Shown here: piece after piece, positions 41,608 through 50,946 of the stretch | Layout: each line of letters begins with the position of its first letter | Position numbering within the stretch: position 1 is the first letter of the stretch | From: Pseudomonadota bacterium | GTDB taxonomy: Bacteria > Pseudomonadota > Gammaproteobacteria > UBA9214 | Reading direction: 5' to 3' | Length of the DNA: 64,000 bases | Assembly (NCBI GenBank): GCA_039714975.1 | Contig: JBDLIH010000007.1 | Location: 4,199-68,198 of the forward strand | The notes under the pieces: generated by a model | Told to the model about the DNA's origin: nothing | Database searches by the model: none | What the model saw: only the letters and a program-made list of their open reading frames with translations | Translations under genes and position numbers: made by a program

Positions 41608-41874
41608 TCAGTCGGTCTGAGCGAGGATCCACAGAACCCGGGGCTGGTCGACTTTCTTGGCACCCGATGCGATACCTGTCAACGATCTGAACTATCGGGA
41701 GAGGGTGCAGCAGTGCCATCCTTACGGGGTAGCTTTACTTTTATGTTTGTTTATCACCCGAGAGTAGCGCCAGAAGTGTATCCAGCAAGAAGCTTCCTCC
41801 CTCTGCTGTTATTTTTATTGTCTTTATTTGCCCATGCAAGCAAAAATAACATTGGCCATAAGGACCCCTGCTTG

Positions 41875-42633
41875 CTAGCGACTGTTTGTTAACAACTCAT
41901 CAACCCGCACCAGGTCTTCCCGGGTGTCGACACCGTGGCCGGGTATTTCACTGGCGATACCCACATGGATCTTCATCCCGTGCCACAGCACCCGCAGCTG
42001 TTCGAGTTTCTCAATTGACTCCAGTGGTGATGGCTCCATTTGCATATAGTGCTTTAGAAAACCGGCGCGGTAGGCATACAGGCCAATGTGGCGTAATGCA
42101 GTGGTGGTAGTATCCACCCTTGGACTATCGCGATGACAGGGTATCGATGCGCGGCTGAAATACAGTGCATAGCCCTGCCTGTCCAGGACAACCTTGACGA
42201 CATGCGGGTCAGCGGCCTCATCAGTGGACTGAATCGGATATGCGAGGGTCGCTACCGGGGCGGCGGTATGGTTTGCGAGATCATCGGCGATTTGCCTGAT
42301 GAGTACAACCGGAATTAACGGTTCATCGCCCTGCACGTTAACAACAATGTCGTCGTCATCCCAGCCATGTATCTCGACAACCTCTGCAAGGCGCTCGGTC
42401 CCTGACGAGTGCCCGGGCGATGTCATGCACACTGTCGCATCAAAGCCCTGTGCAGCGTCTGCAATGCGTCGATCATCGGTCGCGATTATGACCTCGTTCG
42501 CACCGCTCTGCAGTGACCGTTCATGTACATACTGCAGCATGGGGCGACCGGCAAGCTCAAGCAGTGGTTTACCCGGTAGCCGTGTTGATGCATAACGTGC
42601 CGGGATGACGACTTTAAACTCTGTGATGCCCAT
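41875..42633 (-). CDS. kdsB: 3-deoxy-manno-octulosonate cytidylyltransferase
   Basis: [17 protein letters not shown]-terminal motif. lpxK-ycaR-kdsB synteny. Confidence 0.9.
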   Translation of the reverse strand: MGITEFKVVIPARYASTRLPGKPLLELAGRPMLQYVHERSLQSGANEVIIATDDRRIADAAQGFDATVCMTSPGHSSGTERLAEVVEIHGWDDDDIVVNVQGDEPLIPVVLIRQIADDLANHTAAPVATLAYPIQSTDEAADPHVVKVVLDRQGYALYFSRASIPCHRDSPRVDTTTTALRHIGLYAYRAGFLKHYMQMEPSPLESIEKLEQLRVLWHGMKIHVGIASEIPGHGVDTREDLVRVDELLTNSR

Positions 42634-42644
42634 GCAATTCGGTA

Positions 42645-42821
42645 TCAGACCTCTTCATCGGCCGGCAGCTGCCGCGCTTCATCTTCCAGCATCACCGGGA
42701 TACCGTCCCGGATGGGGTAAGCCAGTCGATCTACCTTGCAAATCAATTCATTTTCATCCTTGTGATAAACAAGTGGCCCCTTGCAAATCGGGCAAGCCAA
42801 TATATCCAGTAATTTTTTATC
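42645..42821 (-). CDS. ycaR: Trm112/YcaR-family small protein (UPF0434)
   Basis: [17 protein letters not shown]...DGIPVML signature. Likely a GTG start, since the track ORF extends upstream into lpxK. Confidence 0.7.
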   Translation of the reverse strand, partial: DKKLLDILACPICKGPLVYHKDENELICKVDRLAYPIRDGIPVMLEDEARQLPADEEV

Positions 42822-42865
42822 CACGCTGCACTCCTGCCCTCTATAGATTCTGTTTTGAAGCACCA

Positions 42866-43855
42866 TTATCCCCGATGTATGAGCCGGGTATCCAGTAGCT
42901 CATCCAGACAAACACAGAATTCGTCTGACATCCGGGTCTCAATCGACACATACCAGTCATTTGCCGACGCAAAATGGCGGCATTTGACCGCATCCTTTTC
43001 AGTCATGAAAACCGGTCTGTCATCGCCGAAGCGAATGTCCTCGGGCCGGTATTGAAAATGATCGGGAAAACTGTGCGTCTTCAGTCGCAGACCGGCATCC
43101 GTCAACGACTGGAAAAAACGTTCCGGATTACCGATACCTGCCACCGCATGCACAGTTTGAGACCGGAAGTCAGCCATTGCGCAAACCTTGTCAGGATCCA
43201 GCAGATTATGTACGTCCCCCTGTACCACCCTCATCTGGTGCTCCTGTCCATTGCCCAGGCCATTAATGACAACCAGGTCAACTTCCTGCAAACGACCGGC
43301 CGGTTCACGCAGCGGCCCGGCGGGCATTAAAAAGCCTGTACCAAACCGCCTCACACCATCAATGACGGCAATCTCGATATCGCGCTGCAGGGCATAGTGT
43401 TGCAACCCATCATCACTGAGGATGACATCACAATCTCCAGACTCTATCAGCGCGTTTGCCGCTGCCACGCGATCTGGTGCAACGGCCATTGGGCAGTGTG
43501 TCATGGCCGCAAGCAAAACCGCCTCGTCACCGACCACAGCGGGATCACTGTCTGGCCTGACCTGTTGCGGCCAGCTACTCGCCTGCCCGCCGTACCCCCG
43601 GGATATGATACCGGGCTTGTAACCCTTGCCTTGCAGGTATTTTGCCAGCCATGCAACCAGTGGTGTTTTACCGGTCCCGCCAACAGTAATATTCCCGACA
43701 ATAATGACCGGCAGTGAAACCCTGGTGCTGCGGAGAATACCGCCCTTGTAAGCCAACCGTCGCAGGCTGACTATCACACGGAAGACCAGCGAGAGTGGTG
43801 TCAGTAACACCAGCCATGGACTGCGTGTATACCAGTAATAATCCAGGTGCTTCAT
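42866..43855 (-). CDS. lpxK: Tetraacyldisaccharide 4'-kinase
   Basis: [13 protein letters not shown]-loop and conserved synteny. Confidence 0.9.
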   Translation of the reverse strand: MKHLDYYWYTRSPWLVLLTPLSLVFRVIVSLRRLAYKGGILRSTRVSLPVIIVGNITVGGTGKTPLVAWLAKYLQGKGYKPGIISRGYGGQASSWPQQVRPDSDPAVVGDEAVLLAAMTHCPMAVAPDRVAAANALIESGDCDVILSDDGLQHYALQRDIEIAVIDGVRRFGTGFLMPAGPLREPAGRLQEVDLVVINGLGNGQEHQMRVVQGDVHNLLDPDKVCAMADFRSQTVHAVAGIGNPERFFQSLTDAGLRLKTHSFPDHFQYRPEDIRFGDDRPVFMTEKDAVKCRHFASANDWYVSIETRMSDEFCVCLDELLDTRLIHRG

Positions 43856-44004
43856 TTAACCTAGTTGGTATCTGTCTATATTTTTGATAATTTCTCTCGC
43901 AAAGGCGCGAAGACGCAAAGAAAGTTTTTTATATACTCTTTAGATAATAATCAGTTATAACTTTGCGATCTTGGCGAGAGTTATTCTTTCTGGACTAACG
44001 CCAG

Positions 44005-44424
44005 CTATTCTTCCTCTAGCGTTGATGTTGCCAGGGAAATTTGTGTCAGGCCGAGCTGGCTGGTGGCATCAAGGGCCGTGATCACAGCCTGATGAGGAGT
44101 ACTGGCGTCAGCGCGGATGATGACAGTTAAGGACTCACGCCCTTCTACCGCCTTGCTGATGGCACTTTTCAATGTCTTGAGTTCGGTGTTAACCACCTGC
44201 CGCTCTCCGATGAAATAGCGTCCCTGTGCATCAATCACGATTTCAAGGGACTCATCTTCAGCTTCTGCCGGTGTAGCCGTGGCCTCGGGCAATTCAATCT
44301 GGATACGTGATTGCTGTTCGAAGGTCGTTGAGACCATGAAAAAGATCAGCAACAGAAACACCACGTCGATCAGCGGCGTCAGGTTGACTTCCGGTTCATC
44401 CTCGTCGCCGGGCTGGAGGTTCAT
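44005..44424 (-). CDS. exbD: ExbD/TolR-family biopolymer transport protein
   Basis: INLTPLIDVVFLLLIFFM signature. Confidence 0.85.
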   Translation of the reverse strand: MNLQPGDEDEPEVNLTPLIDVVFLLLIFFMVSTTFEQQSRIQIELPEATATPAEAEDESLEIVIDAQGRYFIGERQVVNTELKTLKSAISKAVEGRESLTVIIRADASTPHQAVITALDATSQLGLTQISLATSTLEEE

Positions 44425-44427
44425 CGC

Positions 44428-45174
44428 CTATTGCCTCTCGACCGGCATGCGCTGACCATGCATGATTTCCACCATCCCCAGCGCCTCCTGCTCCATCCTC
44501 AGCACCAGCATCCTGACCCGCCCCCTGAAATAACGGTAGAACATCAGCGTCGGTATCGCGACTACCATACCCGCGGCTGTGGTTATCAATGCTTCCGAGA
44601 TGCCGCCTGCGAGCGCGCCGGGATCACCGACACCTTGTGTGGTGATGGTTGAGAATACCTTGATCATACCAATCACCGTACCTAGCAAGCCCAACAAGGG
44701 TGTTATGGCCGCAATGGTGCCGAGCGAATTGAGGTAGCGTTCCAGTTCATGAACAATGTGCCGGCCGGTGTCCTCGATGCTTTCTTTCATGACCTCGCGG
44801 TTCTGATGGCGGTTGGATATACCGGCTGAAAGAATGGAACCCAGCGGCGAACTGGCCTGAAGTTCTTGCAGGTGTTCTTCATTCAACTGGTGAATCTTCT
44901 CCCAGCGCCACACCTGTGACACCAGGTTTTTCGGCAAGACCCGGCGCACCTGCAAAGACCAGAGCCGTTCAACAATTATTGCCAGCGCAATAACCGAACA
45001 TAAAATAATGGGCAGCATCAGCCAGCCGCCTGCTTTCACCAGTTCTAGCACAACATGACCATCCTTCGTTAGGGCGGGAATCAGAAAACGATGCAAATCA
45101 TACTGTATTTGCTCCGCCAGCCAAACCGTGTTTTCAGGGAATCTTGACCGGTTGCCAATATCGCCGCCGCTCAT
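44428..45174 (-). CDS. exbB: MotA/TolQ/ExbB-family proton channel
   Basis: Three TM helices, TolQ/ExbB C-terminal motif. Start uncertain and overlaps the comEC 3' end. Confidence 0.8.
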   Translation of the reverse strand: MSGGDIGNRSRFPENTVWLAEQIQYDLHRFLIPALTKDGHVVLELVKAGGWLMLPIILCSVIALAIIVERLWSLQVRRVLPKNLVSQVWRWEKIHQLNEEHLQELQASSPLGSILSAGISNRHQNREVMKESIEDTGRHIVHELERYLNSLGTIAAITPLLGLLGTVIGMIKVFSTITTQGVGDPGALAGGISEALITTAAGMVVAIPTLMFYRYFRGRVRMLVLRMEQEALGMVEIMHGQRMPVERQ

Positions 45175-47440
45175 CCCGAAAACGCCGGACTGCCGGCTTT
45201 TCATCGTCCGAGGATAATGTCACCGTAAGCGCACCGCTGAGACCTGTTTCGTACATTTCTGCATGAATGTCGGCATAGCGATCCACTACCGGAGATTTCG
45301 GGAAACCGTAGCGATTGCGATAACCACTCGGAAACAGCACAATGTCGGGATAAACCGCCTTGATGAATGCCGGGGTTGACGAAGTGTCGCTGCCGTGATG
45401 CGGTGCGACTAACACCGCTGCAGAAAGCTGCTGGCGCGGCTGCCGCAGCAATGCCTGCTCGGCCGGCCCCTCTATATCACCTGTCAACATGACACGATGA
45501 CCACCTGCCGATTCGATACGCAGAACGCAGGAGGCATCATTTCCCCGAAACTGACTGCTCCTGTAGGGGTGCAGCAAGGTAAAACTGACGCCTTCCCAGA
45601 CCCACCGCTGGTCACGCCAGCAATCCCTGGCCCCGGTGACCGGCATTTTTTCAGTGACGCTGGTCAGTAACTGGTCTGCCGGGAAATCGGCAAGCAGTGA
45701 CGCGACCCCGCCGATGTGGTCATTATCACCGTGACTGACAATCAGCATATTCAGCTTGCGGATACCCGAGTGCCGTAAAAATGGCGCCACAACGGCCTTA
45801 CCGGTATCAAAGGTTTCGCTGAAGCGCGGCCCGGCATCATAGACAAGCACATGTCGCTGTGTCTGCACCACCGCCGAAAGCCCCTGCCCCACATCCAGCA
45901 AGGTAAGCTGTGCTTCCCCCCATTCAGGGCGCTCCGGTTCAACAACAACCAGAGGCAATAACAGCAGCAGCGCCAGCCATCTGCCCGGCATGCCTCGCGG
46001 CATAAACAAAATCGCGAGTCCGACAAATGCAGGAACCAGGGTCCAGGCCACCGGCTGATGCTGCTGCCACAGCGCAAACTCCAGCCCGGCCAGACTGTCC
46101 AGCCACGGCCAGACAATATCCATCACTTCAGCCGCAGCTCTCAGCACCCATTCACCGGCTGTCTCGCTGAGACTGAACCCCAGCGTACCGATCAGTGCAA
46201 CGGGCACAACAAGCATCCCTACAAAGGGTACGGCAACACTGTTTGCCAGCGGGGCTATTACAGAAGCCTGCTGAAAAAAAACCAGCAACAACGGCACCAT
46301 GGTCAGTGCCAGGACAAGGTGCATATAAACCCATTTTTGCGTAAAACCCCGAGTACCACGACGCCCGCCTATACAATAGGCAATGACGGTCACCGCCCAG
46401 AAAGACAGCCACCAGCCAGGCGACAGGACAGCAAGCGGGTCCAGTAGCAGAATAATCATGACAGCCAACGCTATGGAACGGGAAAAGGATGCATTCTGAT
46501 CAGACACAATCGACAACATGAAGATACTCACCATGATCAGGGCACGGCGCACCGGGATACCGAACCCGGCCAGTAACGCATAGGCAAGCGCCGCAAAAAC
46601 CGCTACCACAGCGGCCACCTTGTTCGCAGGACAGCGTTCAACCAGGTACCCGCAACGCATCCAGACAAACCTGGCCAACCAGAACACCAGTCCCGCCACC
46701 AGGCTGACATGCAAGCCCGATATCGCCACCAGGTGGCTGGTGCCGGTCGCCCGCAACACTTCCCATTGAGAGGTACTCAGCGCACTGCGATCTCCGATAG
46801 TCAAGGCACGAATGATTGCCAGTGAAGGGGTATCTGCCGACATCCCGTCGTAGGCGGACATTAACCGCGATCTGAATCTGTTTATAATCGAAACCCCGGT
46901 AACAGATAGCAGACGATTACGCGCCTTGTCCTGACGAACATAACCGGTTGCCATGATCCCCTGCTGAAACAACCATTGCTCGAAATCAAACCCGCCGGGA
47001 TTTGAAAAACCGTGCGGCCGTTTCAGGCGGACAGCCAGTTGCCAGCGCTCACTGTGAGCTACTTTGAGGTCGGGACTATAGCTGCTGAGACGTACTTTTC
47101 CCTGGAAATCCGACCAGCCCTGCCCTGCATCCAGTCGTTCAATGTAAAACAGGAAGCGTGTCTGCCGGTGTGTTATCTGCCGGGGCCGATCAAGCACCCG
47201 GCCCTCTACCAGGACCGTCTTGCCTTCCAGTACCGGGTCGAGCGCCGGATCAAGGGCAAACTCTGCCAGCAATGCAGTCCAGAAAAAACCCAGGATAAAA
47301 ACGGCGGGTAACCGGACAGCTCGCCAGACCAGCGAGAGCAATGCAAGAGGCACCACGGAGTATGCCCAGAGAGGCGGCAGGCCAGCACACCATTGAAGTA
47401 TAATCACACCACCCGCAAAGGCGGTGGCAAGCAAGAGCAT
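45134..47440 (-). CDS. comEC: ComEC/Rec2 DNA-internalisation competence protein with a C-terminal metallo-beta-lactamase domain
   Basis: Polytopic membrane region plus the SHGDNDHIGG MBL motif. Confidence 0.85.
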   Translation of the reverse strand: MLLLATAFAGGVIILQWCAGLPPLWAYSVVPLALLSLVWRAVRLPAVFILGFFWTALLAEFALDPALDPVLEGKTVLVEGRVLDRPRQITHRQTRFLFYIERLDAGQGWSDFQGKVRLSSYSPDLKVAHSERWQLAVRLKRPHGFSNPGGFDFEQWLFQQGIMATGYVRQDKARNRLLSVTGVSIINRFRSRLMSAYDGMSADTPSLAIIRALTIGDRSALSTSQWEVLRATGTSHLVAISGLHVSLVAGLVFWLARFVWMRCGYLVERCPANKVAAVVAVFAALAYALLAGFGIPVRRALIMVSIFMLSIVSDQNASFSRSIALAVMIILLLDPLAVLSPGWWLSFWAVTVIAYCIGGRRGTRGFTQKWVYMHLVLALTMVPLLLVFFQQASVIAPLANSVAVPFVGMLVVPVALIGTLGFSLSETAGEWVLRAAAEVMDIVWPWLDSLAGLEFALWQQHQPVAWTLVPAFVGLAILFMPRGMPGRWLALLLLLPLVVVEPERPEWGEAQLTLLDVGQGLSAVVQTQRHVLVYDAGPRFSETFDTGKAVVAPFLRHSGIRKLNMLIVSHGDNDHIGGVASLLADFPADQLLTSVTEKMPVTGARDCWRDQRWVWEGVSFTLLHPYRSSQFRGNDASCVLRIESAGGHRVMLTGDIEGPAEQALLRQPRQQLSAAVLVAPHHGSDTSSTPAFIKAVYPDIVLFPSGYRNRYGFPKSPVVDRYADIHAEMYETGLSGALTVTLSSDDEKPAVRRFRDERRRYWQPVKIP

Positions 47441-47503
47441 GTTCGTCCCTGAACAGTGTTGTTAAATTTGCGAAACCGTAACCAACCGGCAGCTGGCAGG
47501 CGG

Positions 47504-48175
47504 CTATATCAAATGACCATCCTCCAGCTGCACAACCCGGTCCATACGATCGGCTATCAACGGGTCATGTGTAGCCACCAGCAAACTGGTCGAAAAGTCC
47601 CGGTTCAGCTCCAGCATCAACTCGAGGACTTGCCCGGCATTGTGACGATCCAGGTTGCCCGTCGGTTCGTCGGCCACCACACAGGCCGGCCGGGTCACCA
47701 GCGCACGGGCAACCGCCGCACGCTGACGCTCACCACCGGACAGCTCACCGGGTTTGTGTGTTGTCCGCTCGGACAGTCCGACACGGCCGAGTATTGCAAT
47801 CGCCTGTTCGCCCGCATCCGCAGGACGCACCCCCCTGACCAGCAACGGCATGGCCACGTTTTCAAGCGCAGTAAATTCCTGCAACAGATGATGGAACTGA
47901 TAGACAAACCCCAGTTTCCTGTTGCGCAAGCGTCCCAGCTGTACCGGTGACAAGGTATCGAGAGACTGCCCGGCTATCCTGACGTCACCACTGCTTGGTT
48001 CATCAAGTCCACCCAGCAGGTGCAGCAGCGTACTCTTGCCACTGCCGGAAGCACCCACAATCGCAATACGCTCGCCGGCAGCAACGTTAAAATCTACGTT
48101 GTGCAGAATCTCCAGTGCAACATCCCCCTCACCGAAGGTTTTACACAGTTGATCGCAGGCAAGCACGCTACTCAT
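47504..48175 (-). CDS. lolD: Lipoprotein-releasing system ATP-binding protein
   Basis: [11 protein letters not shown] Walker A, LSGGERQR signature. Overlaps the permease gene. Confidence 0.9.
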   Translation of the reverse strand: MSSVLACDQLCKTFGEGDVALEILHNVDFNVAAGERIAIVGASGSGKSTLLHLLGGLDEPSSGDVRIAGQSLDTLSPVQLGRLRNRKLGFVYQFHHLLQEFTALENVAMPLLVRGVRPADAGEQAIAILGRVGLSERTTHKPGELSGGERQRAAVARALVTRPACVVADEPTGNLDRHNAGQVLELMLELNRDFSTSLLVATHDPLIADRMDRVVQLEDGHLI

Positions 48176-49424
48176 AGCGCAAGGCCTCTGCCGGGTGGGT
48201 ACGTGCCGCCCGCCAGGCAGGATACAGTGTCGCCAGCAGACTCAGGCCCATGGACACCGACGCCATCACCCAGACATCCTTCCAGTGCAGTTCCGAGGGC
48301 ACCTCGCTGATGTAATACACATCAGCCGCGAGGAACTCTACATTAAAGAAATTTTCAATCGCAGGGACAATGGTCTCTACATTCAGGGCCAGACCAAGGC
48401 CTCCGGCAACACCCAGCGCCGTACCCAGCACACCGATTACCACTCCCTGGATGATAAATATTTTCATGATCGATCCTGGCGAGGCACCCAGTGTTCGCAG
48501 AATCGCGATATCAGAGCGCTTGTCAGTCACCACCATAATCAATGTCGATACGATATTAAATGCGGCAACGGCGACAATCAGTGTAAGAATAATGAACATC
48601 ACCCGCTTCTCCGTTTTTACAGCGCGGAAGAAATTTGCGTGCTGGCGTGTCCAGTCCTCGACCCGGTAACCACCTGGCAGCTGCACGGACAACTCCCGGG
48701 CCAGCCTGGGTGCATCATAGATATCTTCCAGCTTCAAACGCAGACCGGTGACGTTGTCATCCAGACTGAAGAGTCTGGCAGCATCCTTGATATGAACCAG
48801 TGCCACACCCCGGTCATATTCATACATGCCAACCTCAAAAATCCCGACAACCGTAAAACGCCTCAGTCTCGGCAGGATGCCCGTTGGGCCAATTGTGACC
48901 TGGGGTGAAACAACGGTAACCGAGTCTCCGACACCGGCCCCCAGTACGATAGCCAGCTCACTGCCAAGGATGATGTTGTACTCACCTGCTTCTAATAAGG
49001 TCAGGTCACCGCCGTTGATGTGCGAGACAACATCGGAGACCCCGCCTTCCATCCCCGGCATCACCCCCCTGATCAAGGCACCACTGACGCGCTTGCCCTG
49101 ACTCAGCATTGACTCACCCTGCACGTAGGGCGCCATTGCCAGAATTTCCGGCTGCGCCTCAAGGCTTTGTGACAGTTCCTGCCAGTCAGCCAGTTTTCCC
49201 GCGTAGGTGGTAACGGTGGCATGCGAGGCCATTCCGAGAATGCGATCCCGCAATTCCTTTTCAAATCCATTCATAACAGACAGCACCGTAATCAGCGCCG
49301 TCACGCCAAGAGCTATCCCGAGCATTGAGGTCATGGAGATAAAGGAGATGAAATGCGTCCGTCTCTTTGAATGCGTATAGCGCAGACCGACGAATAATTC
49401 GAGTGGACGAAACATAGCCGGCAA
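48168..49424 (-). CDS. lolC: Lipoprotein-releasing system permease (LolC/LolE, FtsX-like)
   Basis: MacB-like periplasmic domain and four TM helices. Single permease gene present. Confidence 0.85.
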   Translation of the reverse strand: MPAMFRPLELFVGLRYTHSKRRTHFISFISMTSMLGIALGVTALITVLSVMNGFEKELRDRILGMASHATVTTYAGKLADWQELSQSLEAQPEILAMAPYVQGESMLSQGKRVSGALIRGVMPGMEGGVSDVVSHINGGDLTLLEAGEYNIILGSELAIVLGAGVGDSVTVVSPQVTIGPTGILPRLRRFTVVGIFEVGMYEYDRGVALVHIKDAARLFSLDDNVTGLRLKLEDIYDAPRLARELSVQLPGGYRVEDWTRQHANFFRAVKTEKRVMFIILTLIVAVAAFNIVSTLIMVVTDKRSDIAILRTLGASPGSIMKIFIIQGVVIGVLGTALGVAGGLGLALNVETIVPAIENFFNVEFLAADVYYISEVPSELHWKDVWVMASVSMGLSLLATLYPAWRAARTHPAEALRYE

Positions 49425-49527
49425 TTAAATCACATCTACCGGTTAATTGCGCATGCTTATATCCACGAAAGAAGGTGTGCCGGTGTCCATCCGGGCCACG
49501 GCAAGGGTTAGTGCTCGCCCGGCTGCG

Positions 49528-50016
49528 CTAGTTAAGCTTGCTCCTGTCAACCAGGTCTGCCGATAATTCAGTCCAGCAGGTCAATTCACTTTCCCGGGTT
49601 AGCTGATTACGTAACGGCACCGCCAGCCCCCTTGATAACCACGCTTCACCGCTGTAAAGCGCAATAATGGCCTTGCGTAACATGGAGACGGTGGAGGTAC
49701 GACCGATGACACCCTGAACGCCGAGGGAAACGGCCGCCAGCGTTTTGTACTCATGCTCACCTTCCACCACCATCAGAGACCGGATCGACGGATAGAATTC
49801 ATGCAAGGAGCGGATCGCCTGGTGACCTACCTGCTCCATGAGGGCTTCATCCAGCACCAGCACATCACTCCGGCTCAGCGCGGTCCAGATGCCAACCTCG
49901 TCCAGACTGACCGGTTGAGCAATGAGGTTGATATCAGGGCAGTCAGCAAGCAACTCGGCACAGCCCGGGTAGTCCATGCTGCCAGCACACGCGACAGTAA
50001 CATTTATTTTCTTCAT
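49528..50016 (-). CDS. Stand-alone atypical receiver-like domain (NarL-type REC fold lacking the N-terminal acidic pair)
   Basis: LVLDEALM at the phospho-acceptor position and a GVQGVIGR...AIIALYSGEAWLS alpha4-beta5-alpha5 pattern, but the acidic pair is replaced (VTVACAG). Confidence 0.5.
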   Translation of the reverse strand: MKKINVTVACAGSMDYPGCAELLADCPDINLIAQPVSLDEVGIWTALSRSDVLVLDEALMEQVGHQAIRSLHEFYPSIRSLMVVEGEHEYKTLAAVSLGVQGVIGRTSTVSMLRKAIIALYSGEAWLSRGLAVPLRNQLTRESELTCWTELSADLVDRSKLN

Positions 50017-50204
50017 AACCAGTTGTTTTTATAAGCCTAAATTACTTTACGTCGCGAGGCGTTTTGACACAATTGGACTTAGGTACCAACCACTTGCCGT
50101 GTCCCGATCCTGCACCACAATCACCGCGCAACCTTTTCTCAAAGGAGCATCCGCTGCTGCCGATAAGCTGATGAATAACTTCCGTAAATATTTACAGGTT
50201 CATC

Positions 50205-50900
50205 ATGACACTGCCAGGTCTGCGCCGCTATTTCTTCAAGCAACTGTCCGCCATCCTTATTGCAGGACTGATCAACCTGGCATGCGTTCCCCGCTTACCG
50301 GCCGATGAGTTTACCCCGTCAAGACAGATTTTAGGGAAAGTTGAGCAGGACTACGGTAATTATGCACGACAGCGCGTATTCACCTGGTACAAGCTGATTA
50401 ATGACTACAATGATGCACGCCCTCTGGACAAGCTTGAACTCGTCAACAACTTTTTTAACCAGCTGGCTTTCGTTAATGACAGTGAACTTTGGGGCCAGGA
50501 AGATTACTGGGCCACTCCGCTACAGATGCTCTCCTCCAATGGCGGCGATTGTGAAGACTTCTCGATTGCAAAATACTTTACCTTGCGGGAAATGGGCATC
50601 CCGGAAGAGCGCATGCGCCTGACCTACGTCAAGGCACTTCAGCTCGACCAGGCACATATGGTTCTCACCTATTTCCAGACACCGGACTCAGAACCACTGA
50701 TACTTGACAATCTTGTCGCCGATATACGCCTTTCATCAGAAAGAACCGACCTGTTACCTGTCTACAGCTTCAACGGTAATGGCCTGTGGCTCGCAAAAAA
50801 GAAGGGGGAAGACGAGCGCGTCGGTCGCTCAGCACGCCTGAGCCGATGGCAGGAGGTGATTGCCCGAATCAACGATGAACAAATCCCGCTGATTCGATAA
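50205..50900 (+). CDS. lapG: Periplasmic transglutaminase-like cysteine protease (BTLCP), LapG homologue
   Basis: Signal peptide. GGDCEDFSIAKYFTLREMGI catalytic-Cys motif of DUF920/BTLCP. Immediately upstream of the lapD-like gene. Confidence 0.8.
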   Translation: MTLPGLRRYFFKQLSAILIAGLINLACVPRLPADEFTPSRQILGKVEQDYGNYARQRVFTWYKLINDYNDARPLDKLELVNNFFNQLAFVNDSELWGQEDYWATPLQMLSSNGGDCEDFSIAKYFTLREMGIPEERMRLTYVKALQLDQAHMVLTYFQTPDSEPLILDNLVADIRLSSERTDLLPVYSFNGNGLWLAKKKGEDERVGRSARLSRWQEVIARINDEQIPLIR

Positions 50901-50946
50901 GCCGCACTGCAAGTACCGCGCAGCCATTCATAAGCCGGATCAGTAG

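Noticed and set aside
44428-45204. Track start of exbB at 45204, overlapping comEC by 70 bp
   Set aside because: A start at MSGGD (45174) is more likely. The exact start remains uncertain.
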